From: Bacteroidia bacterium
GTDB lineage: Bacteria; Bacteroidota; Bacteroidia; NS11-12g; UBA9320
Length of the DNA: 64,000 nucleotides
Reading direction: 5' to 3'
Assembly (NCBI GenBank): GCA_028247315.1
Contig: JAOKFZ010000003.1
Location: forward strand, 25,800-89,799
The notes under the pieces are model-generated. The model was not told the DNA's origin and did no database searches. It saw only the letters and a program-made list of their open reading frames with translations. A program made the translations under genes and the position numbers. The number at the start of each line of letters is the position of its first letter. Position 1 is the stretch's first letter. This document shows, in pieces, positions 37,270 through 47,347 of the stretch.

Positions 37270-37608
37270 ATGCCCAAAAAAACTGATTTTTTTCAGGATG
37301 TCTACGCTATAGTACGTCTCGTGCCTATAGGAAGGGTGACTTCCTATGGTGCAATAGGCAATTACTTGGGTGCGGCAAAGTCTGCTAGAATGGTAGGTTG
37401 GGCTATGAATAATGCCCACAGCTTACAGCCGCCTGTTCCCGCCCATAGAGTCGTAAACCGCAATGGACTACTCACAGGTAGAGGTCACTTTAACCCACCT
37501 AGTCTAATGCAACAATTGCTCGAAAACGAAGGGGTATTGATTAAAAATGATCAGGTTGTCAATTTTAAAGCACACTTTTGGGATCCTATGGAGGAGTTGA
37601 AGCTGTAA
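37270..37608 (+). CDS. Alkyltransferase-like (ATL) protein, MGMT DNA-binding-domain family lacking the acceptor cysteine
   Basis: VPIGRVTSYGAIGNYLG...ARMVGWAM...PAHRVVNRNG. The PCHR motif reads PAHR. Confidence 0.75.
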   Translation: MPKKTDFFQDVYAIVRLVPIGRVTSYGAIGNYLGAAKSARMVGWAMNNAHSLQPPVPAHRVVNRNGLLTGRGHFNPPSLMQQLLENEGVLIKNDQVVNFKAHFWDPMEELKL

Positions 37609-37609
37609 A

Positions 37610-37906
37610 CTATAGACCCATACCCGGTATGTTTGGCATGATAGCAGACATCTCCTTTTTTATCGTGGCATCTGCTTTCCATTGAGCACTGTCTATAGCC
37701 TCAAGTATCATTTCTTGCACCTCTTCACGCGAGCGTATTTTAAAAATGCTATCATCTATTGTGAGTGAATGAAAGCGTTTGTCCCCGGCACACATAATGC
37801 TCACTTTTTCGTTCGCAGATTTTCCCTCGAAATCCATTCCAGCTAATTTCACTTTTAGTGCTTCAGCTTTCTCCCTTGCTTCCTTAAATTTTCCTAATCC
37901 TAACAT
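37610..37906 (-). CDS. YbaB/EbfC family nucleoid-associated protein
   Basis: 98 aa. The central VSIMCAGDKRFHSLTIDDSI...EEVQEMILEAIDSA and the C-terminal PGMGL fit YbaB. Confidence 0.7.
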   Translation of the reverse strand: MLGLGKFKEAREKAEALKVKLAGMDFEGKSANEKVSIMCAGDKRFHSLTIDDSIFKIRSREEVQEMILEAIDSAQWKADATIKKEMSAIMPNIPGMGL

Positions 37907-37993
37907 GTGATGTATCTATTCTGTAGCAAAAGTAGAAGAACATACCGCTCAGTGAGCCCACCTTTCTCAATATTTTAGTATTATCGCATTATT

Positions 37994-39631
37994 ATGATCA
38001 AATTAACATCGACGCTGTGTGTAGCAATTCTTTTGGTAGGAGCCTGCAGCCAAGGTCCTTCTGAAGAGTCTACTGCCGAATACACTGAAGGACTGAGCAC
38101 CTATATACCCGTAAAGCTTACCACAGATCTATCGCAACTTACCGATAGTGAGAAACAAATGCTCCCTCACCTATTTGCAGCTGCAGATGTAATGAATGAG
38201 CTCTTTTGGATACAAGCCTATGGAGATAAAGAACAATTAATGAGCTCAATTGCCAATCCGCAATTGCGAGACTTTGCGAGTATCAACTACGGCCCATGGG
38301 ACAGATTAGACAATGATGCTCCCTTTCTAGATAATATAGAAGCAAAACCAGCAGGATCTAATATATACCCTGCAAATATGACCAAAGCAGAATTTGAAGA
38401 ACTGGGTATGGCCGATGAAAAAGGGCAATACAGCATGGTACGTAGAGATGAGGTAGGGAAGATATATACCATACCGTACAATGAGTTTTTTAGACCACAA
38501 CTGGAAAAAGCAAGCGGTCACCTGATGCAAGCAGCAGAAATATGCGAAGATACGGAGTTGAAAAACTACCTAGAATTGCGAGCCAAAGCACTACTTAACA
38601 ATGAATATACTACGAGTGACATCGCTTGGATCAATATGGAAAACAACACCCTTGATATCATCATAGGTCCTACCGAAAACTATGAAGATAAGCTGTACAA
38701 CTACCGCACAGCCTACGAAGCATATATACTTGTAAAGGATAAAAGTTGGAGTAAAAAACTAGAAAAATACGCCAGTTACTTGCCAGAACTGCAAGCAAAT
38801 CTGCCGGTATCAGCAGCGTATAAAACCGAAACACCTAATACCGACGGAGCCCAGCTTAATGCATACGATGTAATCTACTACGCAGGAGATTGCAATGCTG
38901 GAAGCAAAACTATAGCCGTAAACCTGCCCAATGATGAGCGATTGCAATTGGAATACGGTACACGCCGTAGTCAACTCAAAAACGCAATGAAAGCCAAGTT
39001 TGATAACATTTTACTTCCTATCTCTGACATATTAATTGCGAAGGATCAACGCAAGCACGTCACCTTCAATGCGTTCTTTAGCAATACCATGTTTCACGAG
39101 GTAGCACATGGTTTGGGCATAAAGCAAACGATAAACGGAAAAGGAATGGTACGTGAAGCATTGGGTGAAGAATTCAGTGCCTTAGAAGAAGGCAAGGCAG
39201 ACATTCTCGGTCTATATATGGTGACACAACTAAAAGAGCAAGGAGTGCTTGAGGAGGGCGAGCTAGCCGATTACTACGTTACTTTCCTCGCGGGTATTTT
39301 TCGATCGGTACGTTTCGGAGCAAGCAGTGCACATGGAAAAGCCAATATGCTTCGTTTCAATTACTTTAACCAGCAAGAAGCATTTACCCGAAATGACAAT
39401 GGAACTTACGCTGTAAATATGGAAAACATGAAAGCGGCTATCACTGGACTGTCTGACCTCATACTACGCTTGCAAGGCGATGGAGACAAAGCAGGCGTAA
39501 TCGCCCTAATGCAAAAAGACGGAAACATAACTCTGGCCCTACAAGAAGACTTGGATAAACTAAGCACCGCAGGGATCCCTGTAGATGTTGTTTTTGAACA
39601 AGGGTTGGAAGTTCTTGGGTTGGTGCAGTAA
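37994..39631 (+). CDS. Secreted/lipoprotein Zn peptidase, dipeptidyl-peptidase III (M49)-like with a pentapeptide HExxH motif
   Basis: Lipoprotein-like leader (..LLVGACSQ). FHEVAHGLG and EEGKADILG motifs. Confidence 0.65.
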   Translation: MIKLTSTLCVAILLVGACSQGPSEESTAEYTEGLSTYIPVKLTTDLSQLTDSEKQMLPHLFAAADVMNELFWIQAYGDKEQLMSSIANPQLRDFASINYGPWDRLDNDAPFLDNIEAKPAGSNIYPANMTKAEFEELGMADEKGQYSMVRRDEVGKIYTIPYNEFFRPQLEKASGHLMQAAEICEDTELKNYLELRAKALLNNEYTTSDIAWINMENNTLDIIIGPTENYEDKLYNYRTAYEAYILVKDKSWSKKLEKYASYLPELQANLPVSAAYKTETPNTDGAQLNAYDVIYYAGDCNAGSKTIAVNLPNDERLQLEYGTRRSQLKNAMKAKFDNILLPISDILIAKDQRKHVTFNAFFSNTMFHEVAHGLGIKQTINGKGMVREALGEEFSALEEGKADILGLYMVTQLKEQGVLEEGELADYYVTFLAGIFRSVRFGASSAHGKANMLRFNYFNQQEAFTRNDNGTYAVNMENMKAAITGLSDLILRLQGDGDKAGVIALMQKDGNITLALQEDLDKLSTAGIPVDVVFEQGLEVLGLVQ

Positions 39632-39736
39632 GTCTAACCATTTTGGAATAATTTATCCAATAGCTGTATAGCTATCTCAGTTTATCAAAAATACAAATCC
39701 ATTGTACAATCCTGATAATACTCAGTAGTAGGACTA

Positions 39737-40711
39737 TTATTTCTTACGCTCTATCACGTAATTGATAAGAGCAGAAATGTAAGAAGTATCACCATCACCT
39801 GGTATACGTGACAGCAAACCTTCTGCTTCCGCTTTATACTCCATCATACGCTTTTGGGCATAGTCGAGACCTCCTTTTTGCTTTACAAAGGCAATTACTT
39901 CATTCACCTGTTTTTTCGATTTTTTGTCTTTTTTGATGATTTTTACCATCGCTCTACGTTCCCTTTCATCAGCCACATTGAGAGCATATATAAGTGGCAA
40001 TGTCATCTTCTTTTCAATGATGTCTATGCCCGTAGGCTTGCCTATCTTATTGTCCCCATAATCAAAAAGGTCATCTTTTATCTGAAACGCAATACCCACC
40101 GCATTTCCCATAGCAATGATAGCCTCAACGGCTTCTTCATCTTCATTGGTGCTATTCGCACCTATACCACAGCAACTGGCTAGCAGGGAGGCGGTTTTCT
40201 TGGTTATGATATCAAAATACACCTCTTCGGTAATATCCAGTTTACGGGCTTTCTCCATTTGTAGCAGCTCCCCTTCACTCATTTGCTCTACCGCACTACT
40301 TAGTATTTCTAATGCTTTAAAGTCTTTGTTGCGAAGCGATAGTAGTAATCCCTTGCTGAGCAGGTAATCGCCTACGAGTACAGCTACTTTATTTTTCCAT
40401 AATGCGTTGATAGAAAAGAAGCCTCTTCGCATGTTGGACTCATCGACTACATCATCGTGTACCAGTGTGGCTGTATGAAGCAATTCTACCAATGCAGCAC
40501 CACGATACGTCGCCTCATTAATATCTCCAAATAACTTGGCACAATGAAGTACCAAAAGCGGTCTCATCTGCTTCCCTTTGCGTTTTACAATGTAATTCAT
40601 AATAGTGTCCAACAAGGGCACTTTACTCTTCACACTATCTTTAAAACGGTCTTCAAAGACTTTCAGTTCTTTCTCTATAGGGGACTTTATATAGGCTAAT
40701 GTATCGGCCAT
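39737..40711 (-). CDS. Polyprenyl diphosphate synthase (IspB-like)
   Basis: FARM motif LVHDDVVDES and SARM motif KDDLFDY. 324 aa. Confidence 0.9.
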   Translation of the reverse strand: MADTLAYIKSPIEKELKVFEDRFKDSVKSKVPLLDTIMNYIVKRKGKQMRPLLVLHCAKLFGDINEATYRGAALVELLHTATLVHDDVVDESNMRRGFFSINALWKNKVAVLVGDYLLSKGLLLSLRNKDFKALEILSSAVEQMSEGELLQMEKARKLDITEEVYFDIITKKTASLLASCCGIGANSTNEDEEAVEAIIAMGNAVGIAFQIKDDLFDYGDNKIGKPTGIDIIEKKMTLPLIYALNVADERERRAMVKIIKKDKKSKKQVNEVIAFVKQKGGLDYAQKRMMEYKAEAEGLLSRIPGDGDTSYISALINYVIERKK

Positions 40712-40756
40712 TTCGGATTTCTATAGTGCAAATAACCACGCTTATCTAGGTTTAAA

Positions 40757-40786
40757 CAAAAAAAGAGAGCAATTGCTCTCTTTTTT
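40757..40786. terminator. Bidirectional rho-independent terminator (A7-GAGAGCAATTGCTCTC-T6)
   Basis: Perfect GC-rich palindromic stem flanked by A and T runs, 26 nt downstream of the exbD stop. Confidence 0.75.
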
Positions 40787-40811
40787 CTATCGTACTATTC
40801 TATTGATACGG

Positions 40812-41273
40812 TTATTCATCCGCAACTTTCAAGGCACTGTAGCTCAGTTTCAATGCATTCACTTTTCTAAGTTCCTGCTTTATATCTGTTACTATACCCA
40901 TCTTTACTACTTTATCTGCTTTTAGTGAAGTTGTCATAAAAGGAATTTCCTTTTCATCTTTCTTACTATTTTGAAGCGTAATATATTGTTGAATGTCATC
41001 CACAGTAGCAAATGCGTCATCTAGCTGTATTCGTGGTGTATTTCCCAGATCACCGTCTTTCGGCGGTCCTACAAAAATGTAGTTCAATCGTGATTTTTTC
41101 ACTAACTTCTCTACCTCTGTAGCTTGAGGAATGGCGGTTTTCACCTTCATATCTCGATCCCTCATCTTGGTAGCAACCATAAAGAAAAACAGTAGCATGA
41201 ATACAATGTCTGGCAAAGCAGATGTGTTAATGGCTGGTGTTGGCCTTCCTCCGTCTTTTTTAAATTTTGCCAT
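40812..41273 (-). CDS. exbD: Biopolymer transporter ExbD/TolR
   Basis: INTSALPDIVFMLLFFFMV is the characteristic ExbD TM segment. Confidence 0.8.
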   Translation of the reverse strand: MAKFKKDGGRPTPAINTSALPDIVFMLLFFFMVATKMRDRDMKVKTAIPQATEVEKLVKKSRLNYIFVGPPKDGDLGNTPRIQLDDAFATVDDIQQYITLQNSKKDEKEIPFMTTSLKADKVVKMGIVTDIKQELRKVNALKLSYSALKVADE

Positions 41274-41275
41274 AC

Positions 41276-41827
41276 TTATTTTCCTATACTTACTGGTTCT
41301 GCCTCAGAGAGTTTCTTTGGATATTTTTCTTTCACTTGCTTAATCTTTTCCTTCTCACGTTCCGTGCTAAGTTTCGTATAAAGCTTACCAAATTCTCTCA
41401 TTGAATACTCATCTCTAACATCGTTGTAAGCAGCTGTTAGCTCATTGTACACCTGTACATACATATCGTACGATGTACCTCTATCGTTTTTCAAAGACAC
41501 TACAGCCTTTGTAGACGTTGTAGACAATGTTGGATCTGTACCCTCATTGGTGAGATGATCCATCGCTTTTTGGCGAAGTTTATCTATACGCATTGGAGCA
41601 CCTTCTACAAGTAGTTGGTCTCCTGCGTTTATAAGTACTTCTAGCACCTCACGCTTTCGTTGCTTACTATCAGGTGGTGGTTCTTCAGACATTGGCGGCA
41701 ATGCTACTTGGAGTCCATTTGGGACATCCATAGTAGTAGTTACCAAGAAGAAAACCAATAGTAAGAAGGCGATATCGGCCATAGAGCCTGCATTTATTTC
41801 TGGTATATCTCGTCTTCTACTTCCCAT
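41276..41827 (-). CDS. exbD: Biopolymer transporter ExbD/TolR (second copy)
   Basis: EINAGSMADIAFLLLVFFLVTTTM. Confidence 0.8.
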   Translation of the reverse strand: MGSRRRDIPEINAGSMADIAFLLLVFFLVTTTMDVPNGLQVALPPMSEEPPPDSKQRKREVLEVLINAGDQLLVEGAPMRIDKLRQKAMDHLTNEGTDPTLSTTSTKAVVSLKNDRGTSYDMYVQVYNELTAAYNDVRDEYSMREFGKLYTKLSTEREKEKIKQVKEKYPKKLSEAEPVSIGK

Positions 41828-41833
41828 GATCTC

Positions 41834-42247
41834 TTAATTTTTGAATAATGATATCCCTTCTGACACTAGAATAGATACGACAGACACTACACTTAGGAAT
41901 GCTGTTAGGTAAATACCCATATCAATCAGTTTTGACTGCTGCACAGAATCTACTCCATATTTCAGTGAATGATCCGTAATCTCTCCACCCGACGCGGTGT
42001 ATCCTATGATACAAACGAGTACGAGTACTCCTACTCCTATGAGTAGACTTTTAGCAGACTTTGGATTATTAACCAAATGTATTGATGAGGATACTACCGT
42101 ACCAATAACCGCAATAATTGCAAGAGCTATAGTAAGGTATAAACCCATCTCTGAACCAGCAAAGCTGTCTCCCACTAGTACACCCACAAATATGAGCACG
42201 AGTAAGATGATTACTGCGTAGTATATTATCTTTCCTGTTTTTCCCAT
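41834..42247 (-). CDS. Small integral membrane protein (4 TM) within the exbB-exbD operon
   Basis: Hydrophobic segments and operon position. Confidence 0.5.
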   Translation of the reverse strand: MGKTGKIIYYAVIILLVLIFVGVLVGDSFAGSEMGLYLTIALAIIAVIGTVVSSSIHLVNNPKSAKSLLIGVGVLVLVCIIGYTASGGEITDHSLKYGVDSVQQSKLIDMGIYLTAFLSVVSVVSILVSEGISLFKN

Positions 42248-42248
42248 C

Positions 42249-43079
42249 TTATGCTTTTACTACTTTGTTTTTTACAAGGATATCTACAAGAGAGATAGAA
42301 GCATCTTCCATTCCGTTTACTATACCGTCTATTTTAGACGTGATAAAATTGTAAAACACTTGCAAGATAATAGCAACGATTAGACCCGCTACTGTAGTCA
42401 AAAGTGCAACTGAAATACCGTCTGCAACTACACCCGGAGAGATATCTCCAGCTGCCTTAATCGCATCAAAAGCACCAATCATACCAATTACCGTACCCAT
42501 AAATCCAAGCATAGGAGCAAGAGCAATGAATAACGATAACCATACTAAACCTTTTTCTAGTTGACCCATCTGTACCGAACCGTAGCTCACTACCGATTTT
42601 TCTACTACATCTATAGAGCCCTGATCTGATCGATCTAGACCTTGATAAAATATACTTGCTACTGGTCCTCTTGTGTTTCTACAGATTTCTTTTGCACCTT
42701 CCATGTTTCCGGCTGCAACTTCATCCTCTATTTGAGCAACAAATTTGTCTGTATTGATACTCATCCAAAAAAGTGAGATGATACGCTCAATAGCAATAGC
42801 CAACCCTAGAATAAGACAGATAAGTGGAAGAGCCATAAACCCTGGACCACCTTCAATAAATTTTTTCTTTAACACTTGAAGACCACTTTCTTCTACTACT
42901 GGAGGTGCAGCTACTTCTGATTCTTGGGTAGCCGTGGCCATCTCTTCAACGGCAGCAGTACTATCTACGGTTTCTTCTACGGCTTCAGTAGAATCTACTA
43001 CTTCGTCTTGTGCTACTACTGATTGAACGCTGAATGTCATTATGCATAACAACATTAACAATGATGTGATTTTTTTCAT
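42249..43079 (-). CDS. exbB: MotA/TolQ/ExbB proton-channel family protein
   Basis: LAPMLGFMGTVIGMIGAF and ALLTTVAGLIVAI motifs. Signal peptide plus an acidic linker. Confidence 0.85.
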   Translation of the reverse strand: MKKITSLLMLLCIMTFSVQSVVAQDEVVDSTEAVEETVDSTAAVEEMATATQESEVAAPPVVEESGLQVLKKKFIEGGPGFMALPLICLILGLAIAIERIISLFWMSINTDKFVAQIEDEVAAGNMEGAKEICRNTRGPVASIFYQGLDRSDQGSIDVVEKSVVSYGSVQMGQLEKGLVWLSLFIALAPMLGFMGTVIGMIGAFDAIKAAGDISPGVVADGISVALLTTVAGLIVAIILQVFYNFITSKIDGIVNGMEDASISLVDILVKNKVVKA

Positions 43080-43111
43080 TTTTTTTAACTCTGATTATTA
43101 CGTATTGCGGA

Positions 43112-43119
43112 CAAAAATA
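43112..43119 (-). promoter_or_regulatory. -7 promoter box (TATTTTTG on the minus strand) for the exbB operon
   Basis: TAnnTTTG match about 33 nt upstream of the exbB ATG. Confidence 0.35.
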
Positions 43120-43266
43120 GAAAATTTTAACTTCGCTTGACGATTAAGTACATATTTTTAAAAATTATCTTTTTGTTATTCTAACACGAATGTGCAACAT
43201 CATCGTACATTATTTCCATAAGAATATAAAAACAACCATTTTCGCTTTACTAAAGGATAATTATAA

Positions 43267-44619
43267 ATGGCCAAAGCTAAAAAAGTATATATCTGCTCAC
43301 ACTGCGGGAGCAATTACGCTAAGATGATGGGCAAGTGCTTTTCGTGCGGAGAGTTTAATACTGTTCAAGAAGAAGTGGTCATAAAACCAAAAAGCGGTGG
43401 AATGATGAACCTGAAGGACATAGATGGTGTGGTAACGCCTGTGAATAGCGTAGACGCGATAGAACTCACCCGACTAAAAGCTCCAGGAATAGAACTCAAT
43501 CGTGTACTTGGAGGCGGAATAGTCCCTGGCTCAGTAATACTCCTTGGTGGGGAACCGGGTATAGGTAAGTCCACCTTGCTATTGCAAAGTGCACTACGTA
43601 TGAATAAGCGTGTACTCTACGTGAGTGGAGAGGAAAGTCTGAACCAAATAAAAATGCGTGCCGACCGTATCGGTATTACCAACGAGGAGTGCCTTTTACT
43701 GAATGAGACATCGGTAGAAAATATCATTGGCAAAATGAAGGAGACCCAACCCTCTTTTGTGATTATTGACTCTATACAGACAATGTTTAGCAAATACCTA
43801 GACTCTACTCCGGGTACTATTTCCCAAATACGTGAAAGCAGCTCACTACTGATACAGTACGCTAAACAAAATGAGGTGCCAGTAATACTTGTAGGCCATA
43901 TCACCAAGGATGGGCAACTGGCAGGGCCTAAACTTCTGGAGCATATGGTAGATACAGTGCTTCAATTTGAAGGAGAAACACAAAACAGCTATAGAATACT
44001 GCGTACACTCAAAAACAGATTTGGCAGTAGCCTAGAGCTAGGCATCTATGAAATGACCTCTAAGGGAATGCGAGAAATCGATAATCCCAGCGAGATACTA
44101 ATAAATCAACGCAGCGAAAACCTAAGCGGTGTAGGAGTAGTAGCTTCTCTGGAAGGCAATCGCAGTTTAATGATAGAGACACAAGCACTGGTAAGTGCGG
44201 CAGTATATGGCAACCCGCAACGAAACACCAATGGGTATGACAGTAAACGACTAAATATGCTGCTTGCAGTGCTCGAAAAAAGGTGTGGATACAAGCTGAG
44301 CCAGCAAGATGTATTTGTCAATATTGCAGGTGGTTTAAAAATAAATGACCCGGCTACGGATCTGGGTATAGCTGCATCTATTGTGTCATCCATGCAAAAC
44401 GTAGCATTGCCTAACAAAATGGTATTTGCAGGAGAAATAGGCCTTAGCGGCGAGATACGGGGTATCAACCGCATAGACCAACGCTTGAAAGAGGCAGAGA
44501 AACTTGGATTTACAGATTTTATAATGTCGGACCAACTCGAGATTGCCCAAAAGGGATTTAAAATTAAAATACACAAGGTGGGTAATGTGCGGCAAATGTT
44601 TAGTCTACTTTTTGAGTAG
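43267..44619 (+). CDS. radA: DNA repair protein RadA (Sms)
   Basis: N-terminal Zn finger CSHCGS...CFSCGE, Walker A GEPGIGKST, KNRFG motif and a Lon-like C-terminus. Confidence 0.95.
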   Translation: MAKAKKVYICSHCGSNYAKMMGKCFSCGEFNTVQEEVVIKPKSGGMMNLKDIDGVVTPVNSVDAIELTRLKAPGIELNRVLGGGIVPGSVILLGGEPGIGKSTLLLQSALRMNKRVLYVSGEESLNQIKMRADRIGITNEECLLLNETSVENIIGKMKETQPSFVIIDSIQTMFSKYLDSTPGTISQIRESSSLLIQYAKQNEVPVILVGHITKDGQLAGPKLLEHMVDTVLQFEGETQNSYRILRTLKNRFGSSLELGIYEMTSKGMREIDNPSEILINQRSENLSGVGVVASLEGNRSLMIETQALVSAAVYGNPQRNTNGYDSKRLNMLLAVLEKRCGYKLSQQDVFVNIAGGLKINDPATDLGIAASIVSSMQNVALPNKMVFAGEIGLSGEIRGINRIDQRLKEAEKLGFTDFIMSDQLEIAQKGFKIKIHKVGNVRQMFSLLFE

Positions 44620-44765
44620 GCCCCTCATCAAATGTTTCTGCGACAAGAAGTGTGTTTTCGGCATAGTATACGACTGCTTTTGGTGGAGTATTTTGTATTT
44701 CAAATTTACCACGTGCTACAAACGCTTTACCACGCAACGAAACAGAGCGTTACTCAAATAAAATG

Positions 44766-44773
44766 TACCTTTG
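44766..44773 (+). promoter_or_regulatory. -7 promoter box (TACCTTTG) of panD
   Basis: TAnnTTTG match 18 nt before the ATG at 44792. Confidence 0.4.
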
Positions 44774-44791
44774 CTTCACTACAAAAGCGAT

Positions 44792-45145
44792 ATGCTAATA
44801 GAAGTTTTAAAATCTAAAATACACCGAGCTAAAATCACTCAAACCGAGCTAGACTACGTCGGAAGTATCACTATAGATGAAAATCTAATGGATGCTGCCA
44901 ACATGATAGAAGGTGAGAAAGTACTCATCGTAAATAACAACAATGGCGAACGACTAGAAACCTATGCCATAGCAGGCGAACGCGGTAGCGGTATGATATG
45001 CCTAAACGGTGCTGCGGCTCGCAAAGCGGCTAAAGGTGATATCATCATCATTATATCTTTTGCCATGTTGGAGTTTGAAGAAGCTAAAAAATTCACTCCG
45101 TACTTGGTATTCCCAGACAAAAACAACAAGGCTATACTTGACTAA
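44792..45145 (+). CDS. panD: Aspartate 1-decarboxylase
   Basis: [34 protein letters not shown], including the GS self-processing site. Confidence 0.92.
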   Translation: MLIEVLKSKIHRAKITQTELDYVGSITIDENLMDAANMIEGEKVLIVNNNNGERLETYAIAGERGSGMICLNGAAARKAAKGDIIIIISFAMLEFEEAKKFTPYLVFPDKNNKAILD

Positions 45146-46136
45146 AAATATAAAAACAGCCATACAAACAGTCGTATTTCTTACGCTAGGAATAGTATTG
45201 TTTTACTACGCTGTGGGATCAGAACCTATCGGCGATGAGATAAAGAATGCCAATATATTTTGGATTGGTGTATCCATGCTATGTGGCATACTGAGTCATT
45301 TAGCCCGTGCCCTCAGATGGAATTTATTACTACAACCTATGGGATACAAAGCAAGCCCTTGGGCTAGTTTTCATGCGGTTATACTAGGATACTTGGTTAA
45401 TATGGTATTGCCTCGTGTGGGAGAGATTACCCGCCCGGCGGTGCTGAGCAAGGTAGAGAATATCCCGTTTAACAAACTGGTAGGAACCGTTGTGGTTGAG
45501 CGTGTGGTAGACCTATTAATCACACTCCTTATAGCGGTTGTTATCTTCTTTATACAGTTTCAAATAATCGCTGATTTTTTCTCCAGTCTGTTTACAGACC
45601 TGAATACCCAAAATGTGATCATCTACGCAGGCATTGCTGTAGTTCTTATCATCGGGTTATTCGTAGTATACAAGCAACGAAATTGGTTTTATAACCTTCC
45701 TATCATTGGTAAGTTTCAGTCTTTTATCGAAGGATTGCTAGACGGTATGAAGACAGTATTTAGTCTTCAACAAAAAGGACTATTTATTTTCTATAGTATC
45801 TTTATATGGGTCATGTACTTCTTCATGCCATTTTTTATCTTTTACGCTCTAGAAGGAACAGCTCATTTAGGTGTTTCAGCTGGACTTACTGTACTTTTAT
45901 TTGGCACTGCTGCTATGATAGTACCTATACCCGGAGGTGTTGGCACGTTTGAATTTATGGTGCCGGCAGCATTGGCACTGTACCAAATCACCCCACTCAT
46001 AGGCAAGAGCTACGCCATCATCACTCATGCGATTCAGTTTATGGTAATATTGGGCGTAGGAGCTTTCTCTATTATATACTTCATCATAAAAAATCAACAA
46101 CTCAAGAAACACCATGTGGAATCAGATAGTGAATGA
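45138..46136 (+). CDS. Lysylphosphatidylglycerol-synthase-TM-region-like (UPF0104, flippase-like) membrane protein
   Basis: About 8 TM segments. [19 protein letters not shown] is typical of the family. The start is uncertain: I chose an in-frame TTG overlapping the panD stop, because the tracked ORF start lies inside panD. Confidence 0.6.
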   Translation: MTKNIKTAIQTVVFLTLGIVLFYYAVGSEPIGDEIKNANIFWIGVSMLCGILSHLARALRWNLLLQPMGYKASPWASFHAVILGYLVNMVLPRVGEITRPAVLSKVENIPFNKLVGTVVVERVVDLLITLLIAVVIFFIQFQIIADFFSSLFTDLNTQNVIIYAGIAVVLIIGLFVVYKQRNWFYNLPIIGKFQSFIEGLLDGMKTVFSLQQKGLFIFYSIFIWVMYFFMPFFIFYALEGTAHLGVSAGLTVLLFGTAAMIVPIPGGVGTFEFMVPAALALYQITPLIGKSYAIITHAIQFMVILGVGAFSIIYFIIKNQQLKKHHVESDSE

Positions 46137-46605
46137 CAAGATTTTTTCTTCTTCAGATGACTTAGCCAAACAAGTCACTAAGTGGAATATTTTCAATGAA
46201 AAGGTAGTCTTTACCAATGGTTGTTTTGATATCTTGCATATGGGCCATATCGATTACCTGTGCAAGGCGGCCGACTTGGGTGACAGACTCATTATAGCGG
46301 TAAACACAGATGCATCTGTAAGCAAACTAAAAGGGCCGAGTAGACCAGTCATTCATGAAGACACCAGGCTTATTAAACTAGCTGCTTTAGCCTTTGTGGA
46401 TGCAGTAATATTGTTTGATGAAGAAACACCCTTAGAACTCATTACAAAAGTAAAACCCCAAGTGCTCGCTAAAGGCGGCGATTACACGGTGGAAACCATT
46501 GTAGGTGCAGACGAAGTATTAAAAAGAAACGGTTTGGTAGAAGTGATTCCTTTTTTAGCAGGACACAGCAGTACTGCTATTATCGATAGAATAAAGGAAG
46601 CGTAG
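46114..46605 (+). CDS. rfaE2: D-glycero-beta-D-manno-heptose 1-phosphate adenylyltransferase (RfaE domain II type)
   Basis: VVFTNGCFDILHMGHIDYL...IIAVNTDASVSKLKGPSRPV is the cytidylyltransferase-fold signature. Confidence 0.85.
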   Translation: MWNQIVNDKIFSSSDDLAKQVTKWNIFNEKVVFTNGCFDILHMGHIDYLCKAADLGDRLIIAVNTDASVSKLKGPSRPVIHEDTRLIKLAALAFVDAVILFDEETPLELITKVKPQVLAKGGDYTVETIVGADEVLKRNGLVEVIPFLAGHSSTAIIDRIKEA

Positions 46606-46609
46606 GTTT

Positions 46610-47335
46610 CTACCTACGTTTTTCGCCTTTAAGCTCAGCTTGTAGTTTGCTTAAGGCTTCCCATTTTTCAGCTGATGCCAAGGTTGCTTGCTCTCCCCAT
46701 GTAGTTGGATCGTGCACGGCGTAGTTTGGTCCTGCCGTTATCAGTATCCCCTTAATTCTTGCTACCGTAGCTGTGGCCACGTCATCGTAGCTAAGAATGC
46801 CATCTGCGTTTAATAATTCTTGGATTTTTGGCCCTACACCACCTATCTTCTTTAAGTCGTCCTTCGTAGAAACGGGCCCACTGATGGCTGTAACGATAGC
46901 ATCAGTTAAAACCGGCACAGGAGTCGTCTCTTTTACTTCTACCGGAGTACCCTTAGACTCATCACTTGCTGGTGCAGCAGATGATATAGCGTCATATTTC
47001 GCTTGCAAATCTACCACTTGATTCTCTGCCTTTAGTCGTGTAGTGTAGCATTCTGAGAGTTTAGCATTCAATCGATCAATCTCTGCCTTTTGTTCTCCTT
47101 GCTTTATTTCAAGCTGCTCAATGTCTGAAGCAGACTGTTCTGCATCTTTAGAAGCATTGTACAACTTGGCATTTTCACTTTCCAGATCTGCTATACGATT
47201 CTTTAACACATCATTTAAAAAATAACGGAGTAAATATCCAAGCAGAAAAGCAATGCCTAATATTAAAGCTATTTCCCAAATATACGTCACCATATCTGAG
47301 CTTCCTGGACCTTCAAAGAATTTTTCTGTGTTCAT
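46610..47335 (-). CDS. Membrane-anchored coiled-coil protein with C-terminal helix-hairpin-helix-like region
   Basis: One N-terminal TM segment, a coiled coil, then DDLKKIGGVGPKIQELLNADGI. Confidence 0.45.
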   Translation of the reverse strand: MNTEKFFEGPGSSDMVTYIWEIALILGIAFLLGYLLRYFLNDVLKNRIADLESENAKLYNASKDAEQSASDIEQLEIKQGEQKAEIDRLNAKLSECYTTRLKAENQVVDLQAKYDAISSAAPASDESKGTPVEVKETTPVPVLTDAIVTAISGPVSTKDDLKKIGGVGPKIQELLNADGILSYDDVATATVARIKGILITAGPNYAVHDPTTWGEQATLASAEKWEALSKLQAELKGEKRR

Positions 47336-47347
47336 ATTATTTAAGGT

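Noticed and set aside
37177-37419. 81-codon upstream extension of the TlpA-like ORF.
   Set aside because: It overlaps the divergent ATL gene. A canonical signal peptide starts at the internal ATG 37176.
44600-44737. 45-codon minus-strand ORF (TTG start; LRGKAFVARGKFEIQNTPPKAVVYYAENTLLVAETFDEGPTQKVD) in the radA-panD spacer.
   Set aside because: The translation looks protein-like. However, it has a non-ATG start, no promoter box, overlaps the radA 3' end and matches no recognisable family, so the evidence is insufficient.
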